The notes under the pieces: model-generated
The model's input: the letters and a program-made list of their open reading frames with translations, nothing else
What the model was told of the DNA's origin: nothing
The model's database searches: none
Shown here: piece by piece, positions 1 to 8,908 of the stretch
Layout of the letters: every line of letters begins with the position of its first letter
Position numbering within the stretch: position 1 is the stretch's first letter
Translations under genes and position numbers: made by a program
Source: a virus
Lineage: Duplodnaviria; Caudoviricetes
Length of the DNA: 35,499 bases
Direction: 5' to 3' (one strand)
Virus record (IMG/VR): IMGVR_UViG_3300011335_000224
Coordinates: 1-35,499 of that record

Positions 1-127
1 TCAGTAGATACGATTAAAGATAGAACTGGACTTCATGTTAACGTTGACCCTAAATTGGTATTTCCTGACATATTATATGCTCAGGATGCCTACATTTTAC
101 CTGCACTTGGTACTGCACTTTATGAAA
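1..127. repeat. Terminal direct repeat, copy 1 (circular assembly overlap)
   Basis: 1-127 is identical to 35373-35499; joining the ends restores one continuous ORF. Confidence 0.95.
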
Positions 128-570
128 GGTTGCAAGATGGTATTGAATGCGGTGACTTGAATTGTGATGAAGAAACTTTGCTAAACACCTACATAACACC
201 TTGCCTTGTTTACTATGTTATGTCTGAGCTGCCTATGGCATTGTCTTACCAATTCTACAATAAAGGAGTAGTAAGGAAGTCGGGAGATAACCAAACAGAA
301 CCGAGTGCATCAGATTTGGCAGATGTAGCAAATAGGTATTCTGCAAGAGCAGAGTTTTATAAACAAAGGTTAATTAAGTTCTTGAAGCAAGAAAGTCAAG
401 CAAGTGCAAAATATCCTGAGTACATAAATCCAGGTACTGGAGTAGATACAATTGTTCCCGACAATGATGCCTACACAACCACCATTTGGTTAGGTGATTA
501 TGATTGTGAGAGATACAGAACTTTTGAAGAAAAATATCAAGGAAATACAAATCGTTGCTGTGGCGAATAA
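1..570 (+). CDS. Putative head-tail adaptor/head completion protein, 3' part (full gene ~197 aa, starts at ATG 35349 across the origin)
   Basis: Frame is open from position 1 and continuous with MSRNILFI at 35349; lies directly after the portal; function inferred from position. Confidence 0.65.
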   Translation, partial: SVDTIKDRTGLHVNVDPKLVFPDILYAQDAYILPALGTALYERLQDGIECGDLNCDEETLLNTYITPCLVYYVMSELPMALSYQFYNKGVVRKSGDNQTEPSASDLADVANRYSARAEFYKQRLIKFLKQESQASAKYPEYINPGTGVDTIVPDNDAYTTTIWLGDYDCERYRTFEEKYQGNTNRCCGE

Positions 571-718
571 AACATATTCAAAAAAGAACCAAGAGAAGCT
601 GAAAGTCTATCTTGAAAAAATAAAAAAGGATGACCCTAAACCAAACAATAAAGACAATAGAGGACTTGGGAAATGCACACCAACAAATCAAGACAACCTT
701 TTACGGCAACGCTTTTGA
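560..718 (+). CDS. Possible small basic overlapping ORF (52 aa, GTG start)
   Basis: GTG at 560 lies just before the upstream stop; fills the 571-629 gap with KTYSKKNQEKLKVYLEKIKK; overlaps the next gene by 89 nt. Confidence 0.3.
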   Translation: MANKTYSKKNQEKLKVYLEKIKKDDPKPNNKDNRGLGKCTPTNQDNLLRQRF

Positions 719-1076
719 TTTTTTGAGTAGGGGTGCAGATAATACCTACCCTGCTTTATTTTTTGACCTAACTGGTGCATCTATAAATGGCAAGACATCA
801 ACCTTAAACTTTACCTTGTTTTTTTGCGATAGGGTACTTCCTGAACAATCAAATGAACAAGAGGTATTATCTGACCAATTATTAACGGCACAAGATATCA
901 TTGCACAATTAAACTACAATAATTTTGATTTTGTTTTGCAAGATTCGGTAACACTTGACTTTTTTACGGAGGATGAACCCGAATATCTTGCAGGAGTTAG
1001 TGCAACGATTTCTCTTGATTTACCATATTTACAGAATAGGTGTGAAGTTCCAACCGACTACACATATCCTCAATAA
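630..1076 (+). CDS. Putative tail completion/terminator protein
   Basis: 148 aa, acidic, YPALFFD-type beta-strand pattern; follows the adaptor. Confidence 0.5.
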   Translation: MTLNQTIKTIEDLGNAHQQIKTTFYGNAFDFLSRGADNTYPALFFDLTGASINGKTSTLNFTLFFCDRVLPEQSNEQEVLSDQLLTAQDIIAQLNYNNFDFVLQDSVTLDFFTEDEPEYLAGVSATISLDLPYLQNRCEVPTDYTYPQ

Positions 1077-1078
1077 AT

Positions 1079-1085
1079 CTATTTA
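1079..1085 (+). promoter_or_regulatory. Candidate late promoter motif CTATTTA
   Basis: Same heptamer occurs in four intergenic gaps before structural genes (1079, 23294, 30738, 32975). Confidence 0.5.
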
Positions 1086-1096
1086 AAAGAAAAGAA

Positions 1097-1444
1097 ATGG
1101 CATCAGATTTTAGACCAGGGAAATTAGATATACAAATGTGGAGGAATGATACTTGGAAGCAAGTGTTTACTCTTTTGGCAGATACTACACCAATCAGCCT
1201 ACTTGGTGCAACTGTTTATATTCAAGTCCGCAAAGGTTGTGGAGGTGTACTTGCTTTGACATTAACAAATGGAAGCGGTGTAACAATTGGAGGAGTGAGT
1301 AATAATCAAGTAACAGTTAGCAAGTTGGTTGATATTGCCAAAGGTAATTATGTGTGGGATATGCAAGTGACTTTCTCCGATACAACAGTTAAGACTTATT
1401 TGGAAGGTGATTTTATTGTTTATGATGATGTTACAAAACCATAA
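1097..1444 (+). CDS. Baseplate/tail-fibre adaptor-like protein (BppU N-terminal-like)
   Basis: 115 aa, beta-rich, with G.YVWDMQVT...KTYLEG.F pattern; immediately before the fibre gene. Confidence 0.5.
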   Translation: MASDFRPGKLDIQMWRNDTWKQVFTLLADTTPISLLGATVYIQVRKGCGGVLALTLTNGSGVTIGGVSNNQVTVSKLVDIAKGNYVWDMQVTFSDTTVKTYLEGDFIVYDDVTKP

Positions 1445-1449
1445 TTAAG

Positions 1450-4434
1450 ATGAGTATTGATGTAAATGTTCAGAATGATTTAGTCATTGTAACGGAATCA
1501 AGTGAGGATATAGTTGTAAATGTGAGTAATGCAGCAGGTCCTCAAGGTCCTGCGGGTGCTGCTGGTGTTGGTGTTCCCGTTGGTGGAACTACTGGGCAAG
1601 TATTAAAAAAGTTTACCAATACTAATTACGATACATATTGGGCAGCAGATGCATCGGGTTTGACTTCAGTTGGTTTATCAATGCCAAGCGGATTTAGTGT
1701 ATCAAATAGTCCTTTAACTTCAAATGGTACTATATCCGTTACAGGTGCAGGAACTACATCACAATATTTAAGAGGTGATGGTTCACTTGCTACTTTTCCA
1801 AGCATCCCAGGTGGTACAGTTACATCAGTTAATTTAACGGCAGGAACGGGGGTATCAGTTAGTGGTGGACCAATTACAACAAGTGGAAGCATATTGGTAA
1901 CCAATACTGCACCTGACCAAGTTGTATCATTGACTGGTGGTGGAACTACAACAATAACTGGTACTTATCCAAATTTCACAATATCAAGTGCTGATTCAAA
2001 ATTAGGTACAGTTACATCTGTTGATATGACTGTTCCAACGGGATTAACCATTTCTGGTAATCCAATTACAAGTGCAGGAACATTGGCAGTTGGATTAGCA
2101 AGTGGATATTCAATACCTACAACTGCATCACAAGCGAATTGGAATACTGCTTATAATGATAGCATAGTTAGTGCAGCAGTAACGGGAACAACTACAAAGA
2201 CTCTTACACTTAATCAACAAGATGGTGGAACTGTTACGGCAAGTTGGAGTGATTTAAATACAGATGCAGTTACAAGTGTTTTTGGAAGAACGGGTGCTGT
2301 TGTTGCAACGGAAGGAGATTACACTTTAACACAACTTGGAGATGTTACTTTGACAAGTCCTACCAATGGACAAGTATTGAAGTACAATGGCACTACATGG
2401 GTAAATAACACTGATACGGACACTGGACTTACTTCAGTCGGTATTTCTATGCCTTCGGCATTTTCGGTAAGCAATTCGCCTTTAACAAGCAATGGAACGA
2501 TTGCAGTAACGGGTGCAGGTAGTGCATCTCAATATGTTAGAGGTGATGGAACTTTGGCAGCTTTTCCAAGTGTTGGTGGAGGTGGCGGTGGAACTGTTTA
2601 TTATCTTAATGGAAATATTTCACAGGGAAGCATTGGCGGTACAACAATGTACCAATTATCAGTAAATGCTCAAAGTGGTATATCTGCTAATTTTACAAGG
2701 TCTACAACTGGAGTAATTGCATCATTTATAACAGATGTAAATCAACCGAATCAATTAACTGTTCCATCAGGTATTTGGGTTTTTGAAACATATTTATCTG
2801 AGGCAGGTGGTGGTGCTGCTCATGCAACAGTTCAAGCAATTGTTGAAAAATGGAATGGCACATCAATAACTGTTATTGCTACTGGTACGGCAGAGGAAAT
2901 AACAAATGGTAATGTAAAAGATCTTTATCAATTGGGAGTATCAATTCCAACTGGTGTAACATTATTGGCAACCGATAGAATAGTAATACAAATACAAATA
3001 GCTAATACTGCCGGTAAAACAGTTACTTTATACACTGAAAATGGAAACATTTCAAGCGTTAGCACAACTTTTGCAAGTGGTTTGGCATCACTAAATGGAT
3101 TAACAACTACTTCTCAATATTTTGCAACGGGAACAAGTGGAACTGATTTTGGTATAAGTTCTTCAAGTAATACTCACACATTCAATTTACCAACTGCATC
3201 TGCATCAAATCGTGGTTTATTGAGTTCTGCGGATTGGACTACATTCAACAATAAGCAGAACGCTTTAACCAACCCAGTAACAGGAACGGGTACAACAAAT
3301 TACCTACCGAAATGGACAAGTGGTAGTGCGTTGGGGAATAGTATAATAACTGATAGCGGAAGTATTGTAACTGTTGGTGGTGTATTAACAGTAAGTACTG
3401 CAAATATAAACTTATCAAATAATTATAATTTAACTGGTAGAAATGCTGCAAATACTTTAAGCTTACCATTAATTGGAAGAAATGGAAGCGATAGAATAGA
3501 TATAGATGTTGATGGTTATGGCACAACTATTGGTGGTGGTGGTACGATAGTATTAAATCCAACTGGAGGTAATGTTGGTATTGGAACTGCAAGTCCTGCG
3601 TATAAATTAGATGTAAATAGGTCATCTTTAGGAGCAATTGCACAATTTATAACTATTGATGGAACGTATAATCCAAGATTGTTAATAAACGGAACGGCAG
3701 AAGGAATACAGTTGTTTGCTACATATTCAAGCGGTGGTGCAGAAGCATTAATGTTTGGAACTGCGAACTCTGAAAAAATGCGACTTACTTCAAATTTAAT
3801 TATAGGAAGTACAGTTGATTCGGGGGAGAAGTTGCAGGTTTCGGGAAATGTAAAGGTGAGTAATTCAGGAACTTCTACTATTAGAGTTAAAGGCAATAGT
3901 ATAACGGGGACTGATTTTCAAAATGATTCTGCTGGAGGTTATATTTGGAATAGAGATGCAACACCTTTATATTTTGCAACTAATGGAATACAAAGACTAT
4001 CATTAGATGGAAGCACTGGTGCTGCCACCTTTTCAAGTAGTGTGACGGCTTCATCATTCATCAAGTCAGGTGGTACATCATCTCAATATTTAATGGCAGA
4101 TGGTTCGGTGACAACGGGTAGTGCATTAATAATTACAAATAGGCGGACCGCATCATACACACTTGCCTTGACTGATGCTGATAAATTGGTTGAAATGAAT
4201 GTTGCAACTGCAAATAATTTGACTGTTCCGCTTAACTCATCAGTTGCATTCCCAATAGGTACAAAGATTGATTTGGCACAATATGGTGCAGGGCAGACCA
4301 CAGTTGTTGCAACAAGTGGAGTGACTGTAAGAAGTGCAGGAGGTGCGTTAAAATTAACCTCACAATATAGTGGTGCAACTTTAGTGAAGATAGCGACTGA
4401 TGAGTGGTATTTGTTTGGTAATATAACAGTGTAA
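1450..4434 (+). CDS. Long tail fibre protein
   Basis: 994 aa, G/T/S-rich; short collagen-like GPQGPAGAAG, GTVTSV repeats, GNVGIGT..P motif, internal 49-aa duplication. Confidence 0.85.
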   Translation: MSIDVNVQNDLVIVTESSEDIVVNVSNAAGPQGPAGAAGVGVPVGGTTGQVLKKFTNTNYDTYWAADASGLTSVGLSMPSGFSVSNSPLTSNGTISVTGAGTTSQYLRGDGSLATFPSIPGGTVTSVNLTAGTGVSVSGGPITTSGSILVTNTAPDQVVSLTGGGTTTITGTYPNFTISSADSKLGTVTSVDMTVPTGLTISGNPITSAGTLAVGLASGYSIPTTASQANWNTAYNDSIVSAAVTGTTTKTLTLNQQDGGTVTASWSDLNTDAVTSVFGRTGAVVATEGDYTLTQLGDVTLTSPTNGQVLKYNGTTWVNNTDTDTGLTSVGISMPSAFSVSNSPLTSNGTIAVTGAGSASQYVRGDGTLAAFPSVGGGGGGTVYYLNGNISQGSIGGTTMYQLSVNAQSGISANFTRSTTGVIASFITDVNQPNQLTVPSGIWVFETYLSEAGGGAAHATVQAIVEKWNGTSITVIATGTAEEITNGNVKDLYQLGVSIPTGVTLLATDRIVIQIQIANTAGKTVTLYTENGNISSVSTTFASGLASLNGLTTTSQYFATGTSGTDFGISSSSNTHTFNLPTASASNRGLLSSADWTTFNNKQNALTNPVTGTGTTNYLPKWTSGSALGNSIITDSGSIVTVGGVLTVSTANINLSNNYNLTGRNAANTLSLPLIGRNGSDRIDIDVDGYGTTIGGGGTIVLNPTGGNVGIGTASPAYKLDVNRSSLGAIAQFITIDGTYNPRLLINGTAEGIQLFATYSSGGAEALMFGTANSEKMRLTSNLIIGSTVDSGEKLQVSGNVKVSNSGTSTIRVKGNSITGTDFQNDSAGGYIWNRDATPLYFATNGIQRLSLDGSTGAATFSSSVTASSFIKSGGTSSQYLMADGSVTTGSALIITNRRTASYTLALTDADKLVEMNVATANNLTVPLNSSVAFPIGTKIDLAQYGAGQTTVVATSGVTVRSAGGALKLTSQYSGATLVKIATDEWYLFGNITV

Positions 4435-4437
4435 TCA

Positions 4438-5241
4438 ATGAGTTTAAACTTAGGAATATTAGCATCTTCAAAATCTGCTGCACCTTCATCAGCACTACTA
4501 CTTGATACATATACTGGTGCATTTGCTGCATATTCACTTCGCAAGTTGCGTACTGCTTATACTGGTTCTGCAATTAGAGTAAGAAGGTCAAGTGATAATA
4601 CAGAAACTGATATTGGATTTAATGGTAGTGGTGGATTAGATACAACTGCATTAACAACATTTGTTGGTGTAGGAAATGGTTTTGTGAGAACATGGTATGA
4701 CCAAAGTGGAAATGGAAGAAACCAAATACAAACAGTAAATGCAAATCAACCATCTATTGTAACAAGTGGTGCAGTTCTTTTAGTTAACGGGAAACCTTCA
4801 ATTTCGCAAGATGGAGTATCTGGTCGGTGTTTAACTTTAAATGTTGCTATAAATGTTTCAACATTATCAATTTTCCAAGTATTTAAAATAAACGATACAA
4901 CATTTCAAACAAATTTTGGTGGTGGAAGTAGTTATGTTTTATTCGGATATACTGCAAGTTTTCCAGCAGATAGCTTAACAGTAAGTAGTAGATTTAAAAA
5001 TGGAGTTTCTTTAGTAACAAATGATGCACCACAAGTAACAACTAATTACGGGAACAATACACAAATTTTGTCATCAGGATTTTATACTGGTACTGGTTCA
5101 TGGGTTAGTTTTGGTTGGGGAAATAGCACCTCTTGGCCGACAACTGGAAGCATACAAGAACATATATGGTACACATCAACTCAGTCATCAAATAGAACAG
5201 GGATAGAATCAAATATCAATTCATATTATATAATATATTAA
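4438..5241 (+). CDS. ConA-like/arabinofuranosidase-B-like lectin-domain virion protein
   Basis: AYSLRKL...AIRVRRSSDN..DIGF and TWYDQSGNG motifs typical of this beta-sandwich family. Confidence 0.65.
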   Translation: MSLNLGILASSKSAAPSSALLLDTYTGAFAAYSLRKLRTAYTGSAIRVRRSSDNTETDIGFNGSGGLDTTALTTFVGVGNGFVRTWYDQSGNGRNQIQTVNANQPSIVTSGAVLLVNGKPSISQDGVSGRCLTLNVAINVSTLSIFQVFKINDTTFQTNFGGGSSYVLFGYTASFPADSLTVSSRFKNGVSLVTNDAPQVTTNYGNNTQILSSGFYTGTGSWVSFGWGNSTSWPTTGSIQEHIWYTSTQSSNRTGIESNINSYYIIY

Positions 5242-5243
5242 TT

Positions 5244-5525
5244 ATGGCAAATATTACACCAGTACCAGTTTGGTATCAAGGAGAGCAACACAATGCGAAT
5301 GTATTTACTCTTTATTCTAAGGGAGATAATTTAATTGATTCAGCAATATTTCAATATCAATTAATAGAGGAAATCATTGTTGATGAACAAACAAATTCAC
5401 AAACTTTATTGATTGGTGAACTATCTATCAATGGGGGGGATTATGCTTTGTGGGATGCGGAGGTAGATGCAAACGCATGGATTTACAATTGGGCAGCAAG
5501 TAAACTTAACCTAACAATTATATAA
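5244..5525 (+). CDS. Small tail-associated protein, paralog A
   Basis: 93 aa; aligns end to end with the next ORF (INGxDY..W, NAWIYNW...KLNL). Confidence 0.7.
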   Translation: MANITPVPVWYQGEQHNANVFTLYSKGDNLIDSAIFQYQLIEEIIVDEQTNSQTLLIGELSINGGDYALWDAEVDANAWIYNWAASKLNLTII

Positions 5526-5527
5526 AA

Positions 5528-5827
5528 ATGGCAAAACAAATCTCACCCGTTACATTATGGGTAAATGGCGAAAGCAAGGAAGCAAAGTATCTTCAAGTAA
5601 CTTGCATCAATGACAACTATGAAAATTCAGCAACTAACTATTGGCAGATGTTCAATATGAATGTTGATGCTGAAGGAGTTGAATCTATGGGCGAACAGGT
5701 AGCTTGTGGGAATACAACAATAAATGGTGCTGATTATATAGCATGGGGAGATCAGCCTGCAATGGCAATAAATGCTTGGATTTACAACTGGGTTGCGGAT
5801 AAATTAAATTTAGTAATTTTACCTTAA
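5528..5827 (+). CDS. Small tail-associated protein, paralog B
   Basis: 99 aa; paralog of 5244-5525. Confidence 0.7.
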   Translation: MAKQISPVTLWVNGESKEAKYLQVTCINDNYENSATNYWQMFNMNVDAEGVESMGEQVACGNTTINGADYIAWGDQPAMAINAWIYNWVADKLNLVILP

Positions 5828-5837
5828 ATTTTATACT

Positions 5838-5969
5838 ATGGACTTAATTTCTTTGAAGGCACAAGCCTATGACATTTTGAGTAATTTGGAATATTTTCAA
5901 AAGCAACTCCAAGAGGTAAACCAAAAGATAGCAGAAGAACTTCAAAAAGAGAAAGAAGAAAATGGATAG
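5838..5969 (+). CDS. Small coiled-coil protein (43 aa, not in ORF track)
   Basis: Hand translation MDLISLKAQAYDILSNLEYFQKQLQEVNQKIAEELQKEKEENG; fills the gap and overlaps the next start. Confidence 0.65.
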   Translation: MDLISLKAQAYDILSNLEYFQKQLQEVNQKIAEELQKEKEENG

Positions 5970-6120
5970 CAAAAGTATTGGAATGTGCATAGCAACTATA
6001 CTGATTAAGGTTTGGGCAGATATTGCTCTTTCCGAGGTCGGTGTAGTTGTTGCTATTTTAGCAGGAATCTCTACGATAATATATAACGTTTACCGATTGG
6101 TAAAGGAGATCAAATCATGA
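5962..6120 (+). CDS. Holin-like membrane protein (52 aa, not in ORF track)
   Basis: MDSKSIGMCIATILIKVWADIALSEVGVVVAILAGISTIIYNVYRLVKEIKS: hydrophobic segments and basic C-terminus; ATGA overlap with next gene; lysis-cassette position. Confidence 0.6.
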   Translation: MDSKSIGMCIATILIKVWADIALSEVGVVVAILAGISTIIYNVYRLVKEIKS

Positions 6121-6302
6121 GGCAATTCTTCACCGAAGAAAGCAATAGATTAAGTATGAAGCGACTTTGTGCCTTTGTTGGCACTTTGTCATTATGTGCC
6201 ACAATGATTGCAAAGCCTAATGATGCATCAATCTTTGCAGTTACGTTCATAGTTGGTTCTGCTCTTGGTTTTAGTTCTGCTGAAAAAATATTTAGGAAAT
6301 GA
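6117..6302 (+). CDS. Holin/antiholin-like membrane protein
   Basis: 61 aa, two hydrophobic segments, basic C-terminus; upstream of spanin and endolysin. Confidence 0.55.
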   Translation: MRQFFTEESNRLSMKRLCAFVGTLSLCATMIAKPNDASIFAVTFIVGSALGFSSAEKIFRK

Positions 6303-6751
6303 GGTACATATTCATAATACTATTATTTGTTAGTTGCAATCCAGTTAAGCAAGTCCTCCGCAATCAAGAGATGTTGGAAGAAGTTGCAAAGGTTGTAGTC
6401 AAGGGAGGATGGTGTGCGAATGATACTACCTTTATTGTTAAATCAGATACCATCATTGATGTAGACACATTGGTACGAATAGATACGCAAACAGATACGC
6501 AAATAATAAACGATTCTGTTTATATCACTAAATGGAAAACAAGGGATATAGTAAAGTCTTTAACCATTCACGATACGTTGAGGTCATACATTGTTGACAA
6601 TGCTCGTGTGAGGTTATTACAAGCCGATTCAACGCATTTAACTAATGAGATGAATAAGTGGAAGGGTAAAGCAAAGAAAAGGCAAATGTGGGTGTTTATA
6701 TTGATAGGATTGATTGCTTTACTAATATATTTAAAAGATAGAGTATGGTAG
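6299..6751 (+). CDS. Putative unimolecular spanin (lipoprotein with C-terminal TM helix)
   Basis: N-terminal signal MRYIFIILLFVS-C; C-terminal hydrophobic WVFILIGLIALLIYL; adjacent to endolysin. Confidence 0.6.
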   Translation: MRYIFIILLFVSCNPVKQVLRNQEMLEEVAKVVVKGGWCANDTTFIVKSDTIIDVDTLVRIDTQTDTQIINDSVYITKWKTRDIVKSLTIHDTLRSYIVDNARVRLLQADSTHLTNEMNKWKGKAKKRQMWVFILIGLIALLIYLKDRVW

Positions 6752-7230
6752 ACCAAAAGACTTTAGATAGAATTAAGTTGATGCATCCTAAGTTGAGAGA
6801 GGAGGTGCGTGATATATATGGGGAGATATGCATGGCATTAAATGGGAAAGCATTTTGTAGGTTCACCTCTACACTTAGAACATTTGCAGAACAAGATGAA
6901 CTTTATGCAAAAGGCAGAACTGCCCCAGGTTCAAAAGTAACTAATAGTCCATCAGGTTTATCCATGCATAACTATGGTCTTGCATTAGACATTGTTTTGG
7001 TTAAAGATGGTTCTGCTTTATGGGATGTAAAGAAAGACTTTGATGGTGATGGAAAGGCAGACTGGATGGAGGTTGTTACTATATTCAAGCAATATGGTTG
7101 GGAATGGGGAGGTGACTGGAAGTTCTATGATGCACCACATTTTCAAAAGTCATTTGGTAAATCAGTACGGGAATTGTTAGCATTGAAGAATGCAGGGAAG
7201 GTTGATGCTCAAGGATATGTTATTTTATGA
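6745..7230 (+). CDS. Endolysin, peptidase M15 family (L-Ala-D-Glu peptidase-like)
   Basis: LRTFAEQDELYAKGRT, SMHNYGLALD (SxHxxGxAxD), WGGDW and DAPHFQ motifs. Confidence 0.9.
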   Translation: MVDQKTLDRIKLMHPKLREEVRDIYGEICMALNGKAFCRFTSTLRTFAEQDELYAKGRTAPGSKVTNSPSGLSMHNYGLALDIVLVKDGSALWDVKKDFDGDGKADWMEVVTIFKQYGWEWGGDWKFYDAPHFQKSFGKSVRELLALKNAGKVDAQGYVIL

Positions 7231-8198
7231 CTAAGGCAGATGTTGCTCGGGAATATAGAAAGAAATATGGGTGGGAGATGCCTACACTTAAACTTGCAAG
7301 GATTATCTACAATGAAAACAAGTTACTATTCAAAGATGTAGAACACGCAAGGGTATCAGTTAGGGCAATTGAGAATAAACTTGGAAAGAAAAACGCATAC
7401 ATAATAACAAAAGAAATGCCAACAAGACCAAAGAATCCATATAACTTGCCTGAATCAGATGAGGCAATTTACCAACCTTATGACCTAAAAGCGAAGCGGT
7501 TGTTAGTTCTTTCCGACATTCACATACCATACCATAACATTGAGGCTTTAACTTGTGCTTTTGATTTTGCGAAAGGAGAAAAACCTGACGCCATTCTTTT
7601 GAATGGTGATACACTTGATTTCTTTGGATTAAGCAGATTCTCCAAAGACCCTAAAGCAAGGTCATTTGCACATGAACTAAAGACATTTAAGGAGTTTATG
7701 GATATCCTTAAAAAGACTTTCAATGCCAAGATTTACTTTAAAATCGGTAACCATGAGGAAAGATATTTTCATTTCCTATGGATGAAAGCACACGAGATTG
7801 TCGGAGTTGAGGAGTTTGAGTTGGAAAATATTATAAAGTCAAGAGCAGAAGGGATTGAGATAATTAAAGACAAAAGGATTATCAAGGCAGGTGACTTAAA
7901 CATTATTCATGGACATGAATTTGGTGGTTCAGTATTTAGTCCAGTAAACATTGCCAGGGGGTTATTCTTAAAGGGAAAAGTAAGTGCAATGCAGGGACAT
8001 AATCATCAAACTTCAGAACACACTGAAAGCAATATGAATGGGGAAATTACTACAACTTGGTCACTTGGTTGCTTATCAGAATTACACCCTGCATACCTTC
8101 CCATCAATAAATGGAATCATGGTTTTGCATTAGTAGACATAGATGGACAAGATTTTGAGGTAAGAAATAAAAGAATATTTAAAGGAAAAATCCTATAA
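7227..8198 (+). CDS. Calcineurin-like metallophosphoesterase
   Basis: All five motifs present: DIH, GDTLD, GNHE, HGH, GHNH. Confidence 0.85.
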   Translation: MTKADVAREYRKKYGWEMPTLKLARIIYNENKLLFKDVEHARVSVRAIENKLGKKNAYIITKEMPTRPKNPYNLPESDEAIYQPYDLKAKRLLVLSDIHIPYHNIEALTCAFDFAKGEKPDAILLNGDTLDFFGLSRFSKDPKARSFAHELKTFKEFMDILKKTFNAKIYFKIGNHEERYFHFLWMKAHEIVGVEEFELENIIKSRAEGIEIIKDKRIIKAGDLNIIHGHEFGGSVFSPVNIARGLFLKGKVSAMQGHNHQTSEHTESNMNGEITTTWSLGCLSELHPAYLPINKWNHGFALVDIDGQDFEVRNKRIFKGKIL

Positions 8199-8200
8199 CT

Positions 8201-8443
8201 ATGGAGGAGGACCTCATATTAGGCGAAGGAGAGGAGGTTGAATATATTGAGGAAGAAGTTGGGTATAGGTTTACTGAGTACATATCTGCCTCCGTTGAAG
8301 TCCTAACAATGCTTGAAACTGCTAACCCAATGACCAAAGAGGAGGTTGAAAAGGTGCAAGAACTAAAAAAACTTTGTTTTGAAATGCTTGAATTTTCGGT
8401 AAAATCCATGCACCAAACGCTATTTAATAGTGACATAGACTGA
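8201..8443 (+). CDS. Hypothetical acidic protein
   Basis: 80 aa ORF tightly packed after the phosphoesterase. Confidence 0.6.
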   Translation: MEEDLILGEGEEVEYIEEEVGYRFTEYISASVEVLTMLETANPMTKEEVEKVQELKKLCFEMLEFSVKSMHQTLFNSDID

Positions 8444-8469
8444 TGATTTAATAGTTTTAATTGTGATTT

Positions 8470-8504
8470 GACCCCTGGTATATCTATATCGGGGGTTCTT
8501 TTTT
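8470..8504 (+). terminator. Intrinsic terminator ending the late/lysis transcript
   Basis: 12-bp stem GACCCCTGGTAT/ATATCGGGGGTT (with G-U pairs), loop ATCT, followed by CTTTTTT. Confidence 0.8.
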
Positions 8505-8547
8505 GGGGTAACTGCAAAAAAATATTTTAAAAAAGATTAAAAAAGTA

Positions 8548-8577
8548 TTGTTTATATGAAAATAATGTTTATTTTTA
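8548..8577 (+). promoter_or_regulatory. Bacteroidota-type housekeeping promoter (early)
   Basis: TTG-N19-TATTTTTA, a variant of the -33 TTG/-7 TANNTTTG consensus, with an A-rich upstream tract. Confidence 0.55.
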
Positions 8578-8606
8578 CTAAACAATCACAATCTAAAACA
8601 CAAAAA

Positions 8607-8684
8607 ATGAAAAAATCAACACTTCAAACCATCGCAATCATTATCCTTTGTCTTATCCTTTGCACTGCTGATAACTGGTTTTAA
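8607..8684 (+). CDS. Small hydrophobic peptide (25 aa, not in ORF track)
   Basis: MKKSTLQTIAIIILCLILCTADNWF; A-rich initiation region; first ORF after the early promoter. Confidence 0.5.
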   Translation: MKKSTLQTIAIIILCLILCTADNWF

Positions 8685-8705
8685 TCACAATTAAAAATAA
8701 ACACA

Positions 8706-8891
8706 ATGAACCAACTACCAAAATGGGGTGACTTAAACACCTACGAAAGACACAAACTTTTAGGAGAACTTATTGACAGTATGATTTATTCAGGTGAGGC
8801 ATTGCATCACCTAAAAGTAACAGTTGAAAAGTTCCGTGCAATGGGATGGGTAAGGTCGGTAATTATGCCTGACATAGAAACAGAATCGTAA
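8706..8891 (+). CDS. Hypothetical protein
   Basis: 61 aa ORF with A-rich initiation region. Confidence 0.6.
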   Translation: MNQLPKWGDLNTYERHKLLGELIDSMIYSGEALHHLKVTVEKFRAMGWVRSVIMPDIETES

Positions 8892-8908
8892 ACAATAAAA
8901 ATCAAATA

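Noticed and set aside
1450-5241. Diversity-generating retroelement or invertible tail-fibre cassette
   Set aside because: No reverse transcriptase or recombinase; the duplicated fibre units differ at synonymous sites of all base types, not only adenines.
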